From the human T2T-CHM13v2.0 reference genome, Homo sapiens, in assembly GCF_009914755.1 (NCBI RefSeq), contig NC_060931.1: a DNA stretch of 64,000 nucleotides; one strand, written 5' to 3'. Below, piece after piece: positions 43,748-55,671 of this stretch (within the stretch, counting starts at the first letter, position 1; each line of letters opens with the position of its first letter). Made by a program: the position numbers and the translations under genes. The notes below the pieces were generated by a model. That model had not been told where the DNA came from. It saw nothing but the letters and a program-made list of their open reading frames with translations, and made no database searches.

Positions 43748-45984
43748 TTTGTGTGTGTGTACCGTTGGTCCACTTAGTTTTACTACTTTCAAGCTTTAAT
43801 TGACCTTACTTCCAACTAAGGAGACATATGTTCAAATCATTATTAGCTGTCTTCAATTATTTGCAAACATCAATGTAATATAGAAATCAATAATGAATTC
43901 ACTCTCAGAAACAAGAAATTTCATGCTTATCATATCTACTAGACATCTGGTTGGACTGTTGTAAGTCCATTGACTGGATTACCAGTTTTGCTGGACCGTG
44001 TAGTTTGACCAGAACAAACAGACTTACTAATTCCTACCTTCTCACTAAAAGTCATAGTGATAACTGAAGGAAGAAGAAGCTTAATTCTAAATTCTAATTG
44101 TAATAATGATGAAAATATAAACTCTAATGGAGTTGGATAGGAAGAACATAGCATTATACTCTAGGGAGTCTCTGATCTGGCAACAATTAAAGTCTTAAGA
44201 CTTTAAGTATTTTGAGTTCCAGATGTCCATATCTAATTAACACAAATTGAAGGCAGAGGTAGTTGTGTTACAAATGATGTGACATAACTTTCAAACCTGA
44301 CAAAGTGCATTGAAAACAGATTAAAGCAGGCTCTTAGCTCATACTGGCATGAAATAAGACCATCCTATATGGCACAGAGGTGGTGCAGGTATTTACATGT
44401 GTTATTAAATTGAGTTTTGTTGTTTCTCATTAGGAGAAATTACTACAAACTGATCAGAATGCTCTTTGGAGAAGAATACACCCTCAGGTATATCATTTTC
44501 TGTTACAAAATAATTAAATAGATGTCTATTGCATGTCTTTTAGTTTGGTAATCTGGGAAATGGAATTGTTTCAGTTCTGCTTGAGATACCCATGGAATAG
44601 CATTCATTGAGTTACTGAAATGGTAATACTTTCAATCGCTGCCTTTTTTCTTCTATTGAAAATACTTTAATGCTATGTTATTGGAGTTCAGTATGATAGT
44701 TAAAATGGAGAGGCATAGTTAAATAATAGATTGTTCTGAAAAGTTACGCTTTCTGACAGTTTTTTTTTTTCCTATGACTTGTTTCTTTGAGCTCTTAGAA
44801 ATGGCTGATGGCAGTTCTTTACTGGAGTGTTTTGGCAAGTGGTCATTGACTTTTGACAGTCTGTGATAATTCAAACAGCAAAGGGACATTTTATAATCCA
44901 TAAGAATGCATTTGCTGTATTATTTTACAGGAGGAGTATTTTATAGAATGAGGAGGCAGTTCACCTCCCATTAGTCATCTGTGTGTTTCTTCATTTTCCA
45001 TATTGTACCCAATCTGCAGTTCTTACTAGGACAAAGCATCCTTTTAAATTAACAAGAAACAAAGATCAAATAAAAAGCGCTGAATCAGACCCATTAACAC
45101 CATATTAATTATGCAGTGAATACACAGTACTATTTACAGTGGACCTTTCTAAGACCAAACAATGATGTTAAAAACTCAGTTTATTCCAGGATTAGGCAAG
45201 CCTCCATAAATTTTCTATTTATCTTTAAATGCAAATGCTTATTCATTGCATAACATCGAAAGACATGGTTACTCCTACTTAGTCCTCCACAAACATCATT
45301 AGATATTTAGATGACCAATAATTTTTAATTGTGTCAATAAAGTCAGTGGAATGCTTGGCTCTGCAGAGACATAAGAATTCAAATACTTTAAGTAGACTAG
45401 ATGGAAGAAAAACATATGGAGGGTAGAGTGTGAAGAGCTGTGAGCTGGGGAGAAGAGCTTGATAATTATTATTAAAATTATCTAAATGTGAAAAAATCTA
45501 GGTCTCTCTAAACATTCTTAATTCTTAGTGCTTGCAATGCCTCAGGTACCTTGAAATAGTTACCCATATGCCTGCTTATGTATTTCCGTTTTGTGTTTGT
45601 GTTTGTATGCGTGTTTGCCTAAGTGTAGTTTCTCCTGGCAGCAGCGTGTGTTTGGTGTACGTGTGCATATGTATGAGTACGAATTAATTACATATCGAAA
45701 ACATGTGCATTAACGGCATCTGCAGTCCTCCCTCCCTGCTCCAGTCAGTCGGGATGTTTAGCACCGTCACTTGGTGTTAGGACCACTCGGAAGACCTGCC
45801 TGTCGGACGCCTGACTGTGGTTCCCGGGGGGCCGGAGCTCCAGGAGCCTGTACCATCTTTATCTGAAGGGGAGGAGAGAAGGAAAGGAGAAGGCATCCGA
45901 GCGAGGGTGTTCTCCTTCCTGCAGCCGGGTAGGGGGCAGCCAGGTTTGGAGCAGGGTTCTAGGATTACACGGCAAATCCCCAAC

Positions 45985-46005
45985 TTCAGCACCGCGGACA
46001 GCATC
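45985..46005 (+). promoter_or_regulatory. RE1/NRSE (REST binding site)
   Basis: TTCAGCACCGCGGACAGCATC versus the consensus TTCAGCACCACGGACAGCGCC: both half-sites intact with the canonical 2-nt spacer. Confidence 0.88.
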
Positions 46006-46151
46006 ACCTCCCGCCCAGGGAGAGGCGCGCGCCTCCTTGCTCCGCCCCCGCCCCAGCTGATGGACCCCGGCCGGTCGGCTCAGTCTCCCTTTTGCTTTCA
46101 AACGAGGCCAGGGCAGGGCAGAAGGGTTTTGACAGCCAGAGGGGTACGGTA

Positions 46152-46201
46152 AGGAGGAGGAAGAGGAGGAGGAGGCGGAGGAGGAGGAGGAGCCGAGGAG
46201 G
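46152..46201 (+). repeat. Interrupted (GGA)n polypurine tract
   Basis: aggaggaggaagaggaggaggaggcggaggaggaggaggagccgaggagg. Confidence 0.9.
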
Positions 46202-46268
46202 GAACCGAGAAGGGAAGAGAAGGGAGGGCTTCCCTCCGCCTCGCTCGCCGCCCGGGCTCACAGGAGCT

Positions 46269-46287
46269 GGCGGCGGCGGCGGCGGCG
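46269..46287 (+). repeat. (GGC)6 trinucleotide repeat
   Basis: Seen directly. Confidence 0.92.
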
Positions 46288-46408
46288 TCTCCTGCTCTCC
46301 GCGGCTGTTGCTGCTGCTCGCGCTCCGCCGCCCGGGAGATGCTTCCTCGCGCGGCGCAGCGCTGAGGCCGTGCGTGCGCCCCGGCTGCGCTGCGCGCTCC
46401 CCACATAC

Positions 46409-46924
46409 ACAAGCTCTCCATGTGAGCTGACAGGCGAGTGGAAACCCCTCGAGTCACGCTGCCCGGCGGCGGAGGGAGCGCTCGCCCGCAGTGGCAACAG
46501 CTGCACCACCGTCCCCGTCGCTCTGCCTTCCTCTTCTGCAGCCTCTGCTCTTCTGATTACCTCCCTCCCCCGTCCTTTGGTGATTTTTTTTTTTCAAGAA
46601 GGAGAGGGCGGGGTAGGTGTCCGTTCCCTCCCCTCTTCCCCCTCCTTTGCCTTCTTGGTTTGAATTTCCTCCCCCGGCGTTGCACTGGCACACAGTGCAA
46701 GAGGCAATACCCGCACGGAGGGAGAACGAAGGCTGAGACTCCCCTGCCGCTCCAAGCCCGGAAGAACTGGAGCCTGGAGGGGGGTGAGGGGAGAAGAGGA
46801 AGCGGGAGGGGCTTGGCTTCCTCGCGTATTTGAGGACAGCCCATCTCCCTTCAAGAACCCTACGGAGAGTCGGACTGCATCTCCGCAGCGAGCTCTTGGA
46901 GCGCCGCCGGCCGGGAGGCGAAGG
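46409..46924 (+). other. CNTNAP2: CNTNAP2 exon 1 5' UTR (long form; 5' end approximate)
   Basis: Contiguous with the ATG. The start (acaagctctcc...) comes from my recollection of a reference mRNA, not from the sequence; dispersed TSSs are likely. Confidence 0.55.
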
Positions 46925-47021
46925 ATGCAGGCGGCTCCGCGCGCCGGCTGCGGGGCAGCGCTCCTGCTGTGGATTGTCAGCAGCTGCCTCTGCAGAGCCT
47001 GGACGGCTCCCTCCACGTCCC
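46925..47021 (+). CDS. CNTNAP2: Contactin-associated protein-like 2 (Caspr2), coding exon 1: signal peptide
   Basis: aggATGc start encodes MQAAPRAGCGAALLLWIVSSCLCRAWTAPSTS, recognised as the Caspr2 N-terminus with a hydrophobic signal core. 97 nt, phase-1 donor C|GTAAGT at 47022. Confidence 0.97.
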
Positions 47022-47740
47022 GTAAGTAGCCGTCTCCTCGCTCTGCTCTGGAGCAGTTTCAGTGCGGCATTGATGTTTGGCACCAGGGTATCAACTCCGA
47101 AGTGCATCGCAGTGCTGGCACCCTGATGTGTTTGTGTCTCCGCTGTCACACACTTGCAGCCACTGCAGTAGACAAACTCGAAACCCAGCGTTTCTGTTTT
47201 GGAAGAGACAGGGTTGTGACGCTGGTGATGTTTCTGGAAAGTTGTTCCTGGTCTTGGTGATCGGTTGGCAAGAGCTTGGCTAGAGAGACTGATGTAGATG
47301 GCAGCTTCTTAGGAGTTGTTTGTGCAGGGAGAGTTAACTGCATTTGGCTTAGGTAGGTCAGTGAATGAAAAGTGAAGACCATGGCAAAACCAAGTTTCTT
47401 ATTTTTATTTATGGTTATAACTTAATGAGCACGGGGTTGAGGTTAACAAGAGGAGCATGTTTTAAACAGTTTGGGCACCTATAGGGTCTCTTTAACCTCT
47501 CCCGTTCCCTTAAAAAGTTAATGCCCATTTAGTACTTGCTTATTAAAATGGAAGGCAGCGAAATTGTAACTGAAATTGCTTTAATTCTTTGATACTTTGA
47601 TATCATGGATATGACTGATGCAGTACGGTACTTGGGACACTCAGTGCAAAGCGTCGTTAATGTAGTAATAAACAGATTCTTAATAGGGTTTTCAGGAAAA
47701 TAATTATATTCAATATGTATATCTCTGCATTTTAATCAAC

Positions 47741-47769
47741 TGTGTGTGTGTGTTTGTGTGTGTGTGTGT
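47741..47769. repeat. (TG)n microsatellite, one interruption
   Basis: Seen directly. Confidence 0.9.
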
Positions 47770-49884
47770 TTAAGACTGCCCCTGTTTTCATGAGGTTTAG
47801 AAAGAAATGGAAGATTCTGGCCCATTTTCTGCATTCCTTTAGAAGTGCATACTGTGCATGTAGAGAGGAAATGCATGATTGTTCCTTTGGTTCAGAAAGA
47901 GTTAAACACTAGAAAGACTGCCTATAGGAATCTTAGGATAATATTCATAAGCGCATACTAGTTTCTGAGAATGAGTAAGTTGATAAAGAATTATCGTGGA
48001 GATTTCAGAGTTTAAAAGGAAGATTTTTTTGTCCATTTAGGAAAAGAAAAGTTTAATATTTTCCAGAATTCGTCATATGCGAAGTAGTCTTTGTTTCTAA
48101 GATTTTGGGATGTATTAATGCATCTTTGTTAATAATGATCTTATTGTAGTGGTAAATATCAACAGGAATAGCATTGAAAAAGGACATTATAAGTTGTAAT
48201 AAGGAATCTACTATATAATATCCGGTTATGAGCCAGTATTACTGTTTTGACATATCTTCCTAAGTACAGTATTAGCTTTTCTTTTCCCACAATGTGTAAA
48301 GATAAGGAGATAAACTAACTGGCAATCTAAGTTTGTAATGAACTTGAAAACATTGTATAGCATTTTTTATAACACAAGTTAAATCACAAAGAGTTAAATA
48401 TTGTTAATATTTATGTCAATTTTATAAATTTAAACAAATTTTGGGGATATAATGCTTGCTGTTGATATTTACACAAATATGTAACTCTATCACTGGGAAA
48501 CTAGTTTGATGAAATTTCTGTTTCCATTTCAAGGTCTGGTTGTATAGAATTTCCTGCCACTTTTCCTGGAAAATAAACTCCTCATATATTAAATTTATTA
48601 TATTCACTGATTGAAGGTCCTCATATCCAGGGTTTTTCCTGGGTTCTGTGTTCCATCATTCTGTATACTTTAATTTTGATGGGTCCATCTGAAACATCTG
48701 CCATGAGTAGCAAATGGAACACTGGCAGCCCTTGGGTTAATGCATTTTAAGATAAAAAAGTTGTTATTTCATAAATATTTTCTGAGTTTTCAACTTTATA
48801 GTTAGAATTTGAAGACAGAGAACATAGAAACAATTACTTTTAAGATGGTTAATAGTTATGGCCATTAAGATTTTTTATTAACTTGGCTTTCATTCTCTAT
48901 TGTTTAAAAATGTGTAATGGCTTAATTAAGGTGGCTTTTTATTTCGTTTGAATTTAAACTGTGTGACCAAAATGCAAAGTTGCCCTATATCCTGGAAATG
49001 AATTAAATAATAAGGATGCTACAGAACTTTATTGATTAGAATGAGTTTCATGGATTCAGTACTTTAAATATCAACTGTACTTTACATTAATGAACATTTT
49101 TATTTACATTATATATAGCTCTGAAGAAAAGTATGATAGTTATATTCTTAATATAAAACATTCAAAGGAGAAAAAGATGGAAACTACATGAATCTAAGAT
49201 AATGAGCAACTCAACCAGGAGAGGTCATCACAAGACAAAAAGTAGCATGAAAATCTAAAACTATCATTTTTCTTTGGTACACATTTTTAAAATGTGATGA
49301 GTATGCTAAAACTTTCTGTTCCTAAATACCTTTTTAATATGAGGGACAGAAGATGTTTATTTCACAACAACTGCATTTCAAATATGTATTTGCTTATGAC
49401 TTATTTCTTTTTCTCTGTCGACAGACATATAAAAACTGTTAATACTATGTGTTGTACAAGCAGACTAGAATAAACTTGAAAACAAAGCTCATCACTATGG
49501 TTATGTAAAAATATAATCTAATTTCTTTGCAGATAGCGAAAATGAACTGCTGCTGAGCTGATGTAACAAATCGTGTATCTTCCCTTCCTGTAAATGTAGA
49601 TACACGGGACACACGTGGGAAGTTTAAAGAAAATATTTCACTCTTAGGGAGTTGCATTTATTTGAACATATTATAAAGACCTTGATGGTGCAGTTCTAAA
49701 TGATGAGGAGATTAAGCTAGCGCTTAATAAATTCACTTTTTAGAGTTAACTGAATTTTCACTTAAATAAATGATCTCTCATAAAGGCCAATTTACATCAT
49801 TTAGTAGAACTATTAACCTATAATTTCATTGACCAACACATTTGGGAAATGTGTTTTGAATTAATTCACATATTCTCTAACAAA

Positions 49885-50060
49885 TACGATTTTATACGTG
49901 TATATATACACACACATGAATATATATGTGTATAAATATATATGTATTTGTTCATATGTTTTATAAAAACATTTGAATACATGTTATAAAGTACATAGAT
50001 ACATATTTAATATAGCACATATATTAAGTATTATATGTAAAAATGTGTATATTTATATAT
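49885..50060. repeat. (TA)-rich low-complexity tract
   Basis: Seen directly. Confidence 0.7.
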
Positions 50061-50637
50061 TTTCTAAAACACCATTCAAGGAATTTAAGTTGTTTACAAG
50101 TTTATAGAAAGGTCTTTTTCCAGTGCAATTATTTTAAGTAACTAACGCAACAATATTAAGCAATAGTATATTAGTCTATTTTCTCTTCCTCAATTCATAT
50201 ACTTCTCCCAAAATGGTGTATTTTAAATGTAAAATATGTAAATGCATATAAAAGCAAATACTGCTGGTTTATAGAGACCTTGAACATAATAATGAACTTG
50301 TCTTAATGAAAACAATTTAAACTTAAAAGGAGCTTTAGGCAAGCAAAATTCATTGGTTGATAAAGCATAGCACATTATTTGCTTAATGCAACTAATAATT
50401 ATTAACTAATTGGAGAGAAATGTATAATCTCGATTTTATTATAGGCACGGATATTCAGGAAGTAAGAATCATTGTTCAAATTTTACTCTTTACCATCAAT
50501 ATATGGCAAAATTGGGCAAAAAAATTAATCCACAAATTTAATTTAGGTCTTATTAACCTTTATGCAGTTATAAACCTACAACGTATCATTTTAGATGATA
50601 TCAAAGTTGTTTGGTGCATATCATATTTTAAATCTTA

Positions 50638-51028
50638 CAGTTATGTGCCCCATAATGACATTTCAGTTCAATGATGGACCACGTGTATGTTGGTGGTTCC
50701 ATAAAATTATAATGGAGCTGTCATATATAGGTGTGCCATTTTTCATCTTGTATATTATATTTTTACTGTATCTTTTCCATGTTTAAGTATGATGAGATAC
50801 ACAAAGAGGCATTGTGTTATAATTGCCTATAGTATTCAGTGTAATAACATGCAGTACAGGTTTGTAGCCCAGAAGCAACAACCCATACCAAATAGTCTAT
50901 GCTATGTGTGTAGTAGGCTACACTATCTAGGTTTGTGAGTGTGTACTCTATAATGTTGGCACAAAGACAAAATTGCCTAAGGATACATTTCTCAAAATAT
51001 ATCCTTATTGTTAGGAAATGCATGATGA
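50638..51028 (+). mobile_element. TcMar-Tigger DNA transposon, Tigger3a/MER7-like
   Basis: TA|cagttatgtgccccataatgacatttcag...ccataaaattataatggagctg...ttgttaggaaatgcatga; degenerate TIRs and a TA target. Confidence 0.8.
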
Positions 51029-51160
51029 TATATGTTTTTTGTCTATTTTAAGTGGGAAAACCTTTCAAGTTCTATAATTTCTTTGAGATTTAATTCACTG
51101 TTCCTTATTAGTAAATTCTTCTAGACAAAAACTTACTCAAATGTCTTAAAGTTTACATAA

Positions 51161-51370
<210 letters not shown>

Positions 51371-53870
51371 TGAAAGAGAAGAAATGTGACATGTCTACAC
51401 ATGTCATCTGTTTTTAAAAAGTAGATTTTTGTATTTGTTGTAAATGGTATACAGAATCAGGAGAGAATCTAGGCTCAGAAATTCTTAATTCAAATGTGCT
51501 TTTCTTTAAAATATTAAACATATGGAGATCCAACTTGTGCAAGTTGTCTGTTTAGTGATTGATGTCAGTGGGATGAAGAAATAAAACATGTACTTTAAAG
51601 ATTTTCCCATCTCTAGTCCTGATTTGTGAAGTGCTTTACTTTATCATTTTTTACTACTTGCAAAGTTATAAAACAGCGTATATAGTAATTTTAAGCCTCA
51701 AAACCAGTGTTGTGTGAAATAAAATAAATTTTTATATTTATATCTGTACCAGTATCTGAAACTGGCTGTTACCTGTTTCTAGAGAGACACATATTTTAAG
51801 ATAAGTAGTTATCAGAAACATAAGGTATATTTCTACAACCAGTATTGGGCTGCTGAAATAAATTATATGCTTATTTTTGCCATTTTAATAAGTAAGAATA
51901 ATGATGCAATCATTTATATACAGCTGTTAATTTTCAAATGAAAGCCTTGAAAATAATACTTGTAACAGAGTGATTCACTAAAACACTGGATTTTCCCATC
52001 TCCTGGGCTCTGTAGAAGCTATATGTTTTAGTTCTGAGCAGATAAGGATGTTGGAATGTGGAGGTGCTTCCTCTTTCTCCATCCTAACAGTTCATTTTAT
52101 GGGAAGAAATGTCCGTCTATCACACTCTTAGAGTCTATGTCTACAGTTCATTCGTTCCTTCCTATGTTAGGTAGAGTTACTTATCTGTTTGGTGACTATG
52201 GGAAAAGGACCTAGATGTGCTTAGCTCAGCCCCTCCTTTCTCCTTCCAGGCTGCCTGCAGAAAGAATAGATTCTGCTGAACGATAGATAAAAGTAGGCTT
52301 TGCCTCTGCACTAATAGTGATAGCGCGAAGAGCCTTATGGTGTTCGGTTCTTCCTATGGCTTGAGACTCTGTTTAATTTTAGAAATAAGGTTAATGAATC
52401 CCACTGTATCACACATTTAAGCCTTATTCTTTTGTATCAGCAATACTTATATAAAGAATGTTATTTCCTCTCTGTGAGTTATTTTCTAATCTAGAACTCA
52501 GAGAAGGGACTGAGATTGACTGTACTCAGTAAAACCACAAATATATTGAAATTGCCAAAAATAAGATTGATATTAAACTAAATGAACATGAAATAATTTC
52601 TGCATAGTTTAGAAACTAGTAAAGAATAAGACTTGGTTTTTCCATTGATATTGAGTTGAAGATTTGGTGTTACTCTGGTTAGGACTTCCAAACTCTCCCA
52701 TTCATTCATTCATTCATTCATATTCCTACCCAGTGCTATCCGTGGTATTATTTTACAGAGATGCTTAGAATACCGTTTCTTTATCTGTGGTAAATAACAT
52801 TGCCATTTAAAATACAGCCTATTTACAAACTTTAGCCAGTACACATCCAATTTCATCCTGTCCATGTAACTATTTAGTAAATTATATATGCCTTTAGTTG
52901 GCTGTTACATCATGATCCTTCTGTAAAATCCTGAAGGTTAAATGTTTTAAGCCAATTATTCTTTCCAACAAAGCATTTGCACTTAGAAAACAAAATTGAT
53001 TCTTTCTTCAATTGTAAGTTTTGAAAAATATCTTCTTAAACTCTTCTTTAGTTCACTTTGGAGGTAGCTATTCATAATAACAGCTTGAAGTAACTGATTT
53101 TTTATGACACTGCAGATTTTAAAGCCTCCCCTGATAGTAGGAAATCTAGATATAAAGATGTGGTTGTTGGCTCTGAATTTGCTTGCTGAAGATCACATAT
53201 TTTGGGTATACTGTAAAAATGTTGAAAAAATACAGAGGAGCTCCTGGGGGCCGTATTCTGTATTTACCTTGTGATTTAGGTTTGCTTGAAATACCCTCAT
53301 AAACATAAATAGTGATATATGCTTTAATGTTTTTATGTTTAGGAAAGAGGTGAAATTAGATTCTGAGAATACTTTTACCAGGAAAAATTCCCCAAACATA
53401 TATAAGTTTTTCCTTACCTTTTCTAGTACATTCACAACCTTCTTCATCTGCACTGGGATGGTGATCTGGAAATGTGAATCATAGAAAATGGCAGGCAATA
53501 GAGGTGTGACTGGCATACGCACTGTCAAAATTACTAAACCTGTGTTGTCTGGGACATCTAAGATGGAATCAAGTTACATAAAGTTTAGTTAAATTCAGGA
53601 AGGATTTGTTCACCTCTATGCATTAGATGTCATATTGAAATAGTATGTGAAAAGGAAAATCTTGCCTGGACTCACAATTTTTATTTACTGTTATAATGTC
53701 ATCTATGCTGTTCAATTATAGTATTATTTGAAAGGAATACATGAAAAAAATAATAGGCACAGTTTGTATTGTTAAAAAAACAGTCTGTTAAGTGGTGAAA
53801 TACCATGATATGCCAAATAAAATAATAACTCTAAGAAAATTGTCTTAAAATTAAAGGTGCTTCTATTTTT

Positions 53871-54305
53871 AATAGAAAAGGCTTGAAACCAACCCAAATG
53901 CCCATCAGTAATAGACTGGACAAAGAAAATGTGACAAGTACACACCATGGAATACTATGCAGCCATAAAAAAGGACGAGTTCATTTCTTTGCATGGACAC
54001 GGATGAAGCTGGAAACCATCGTTGTCAGCAAACTAACACAGGAACACAAAACCAAACGTTGCATGTTCTCACTCATAAGTGGGAGTTGAATAATGAGAAC
54101 ACCTCAGCACAGGGAGGGGAACATCACACACCCGGGCCTGTTGAGGGGTGGAGGGCTAGGGGAGGGATAGCATTAGGAGAAATACCTAATGTAGATAACG
54201 GGTTGATGGGTGCAGCAAACCACCATGGCACATGTATACCTGTGTAACAAACCTTCACGTTCTGCACATGTATCCCAGAACTTAAAGTAAAATTTAAAAA
54301 AAAAA
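53871..54305 (+). mobile_element. L1PA (PA7/8-like) 3' end, 5' truncated
   Basis: aaccaacccaaatgcccatca...gcattaggagaaatacctaatgtaga...atcccagaacttaaagta, then an A tail. TSD-like aaaggtgctt / aaaagtgctt. Confidence 0.88.
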
Positions 54306-55340
54306 GTGCTTATTGTCACTTCTATATCATAGACTGAAGTAGTTATTTTGAACTAACAGAAAACACATGTGGATTAAATTTTATCACTGTTAACTGATTT
54401 TTTCTAAGCAGTCACCTCTTAATGGGAACCAAATTATTAAGTAACATAAGTACAGACTGTCTATATATATATGTCTTTTTCAGACATTGGTCAAAAATTT
54501 ATAAACAGAACTACATGAAAAAATTTCAGCCTAATTATGTCACATAGTGAAATTATAGCATATTTTATGGGTCTTATTTTTAAAAATTTATTAAGTACGT
54601 GTTAAATAATGGCCTATGATGCATTAAATTACTTAATTGCTAATAAATTCTAACTTAAAATGTAAATTGTTACGTAGCATATTTGAAACATTTTTTGGTT
54701 CAAATAAAAATATGTCTGGACTATAAAATATGACTATCAGGTTTTCAGATTATGAAACTATTATACTAGCTTAGTGTTTTTAATGCCAACCAACTGAAGA
54801 AAACATGATTCGGGTGTTTTTTTCTATGTATTCATAGCAACAATAACACAATGAGTTCGATGCTGCCATCAATACTAATGTTACTAATTCTCATGGTATT
54901 TTACTCAGTGGATTTGAATGTGGCCATAGAATCTTTCTCCACACAATATGCCAGACAGCCACGTATAATCCCATGAGATTTGGTATTCAATATAAAACTT
55001 TACTTTTTTACTCAAGTTATATATATTGCCACCACCAGCAGTTTTTCAGCTAATAAAGTATACTTATGATTTAAGTCACTTGGTTAATGTCCTCATCCCT
55101 AAAGAATATGTTAAAACGAATGCTTAACTTATAGTAGAAGAGATTTTCAATGGCAGTAATGAAATTTCCAAAAATGAAATTTAATCATGCCTCATGCACT
55201 TCTGTAGTATATGTAAGTTTTATTTATATATCTTAACGTAAGCATTTAAGTTATTAAGTTATGACTAGTTAAAAGGAAATAGTAGCATAGTTAATTGTGT
55301 TTTTGTATGTCCACAGTACAGAATTAAGAATAACTATTTT

Positions 55341-55671
<331 letters not shown>

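Larger units (their letters stand above)
45760..47130 (+). promoter_or_regulatory. CNTNAP2: CpG-island promoter of CNTNAP2
   Basis: Abrupt GC- and CpG-rich block in an AT-rich window, overlapping exon 1. GC boxes (ccgcccc near 46042, gggcgggg near 46606); no TATA box seen. Confidence 0.93.

Noticed and set aside
46688-46705. CAGUGC as an iron-responsive element
   Set aside because: The flanking 5-mers (gcaca/aagag) do not pair, and the hexamer sits in a stem rather than a loop.
46850-46875. Second RE1-like sequence (agaaccctacggagag)
   Set aside because: The left half is mismatched and the spacer is non-canonical.
46925-47029. Short complete ORF ending ...PSTSRK*
   Set aside because: This is read-through of the exon 1 donor into the intron; the true CDS is spliced at 47021.
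46454-47149. 231-aa minus-strand ORF and other overlapping ORFs in the CpG island
   Set aside because: GC-rich DNA is stop-poor. The products are low-complexity Arg/Gly/Pro/Ala with no recognisable domain, and many use non-ATG starts.
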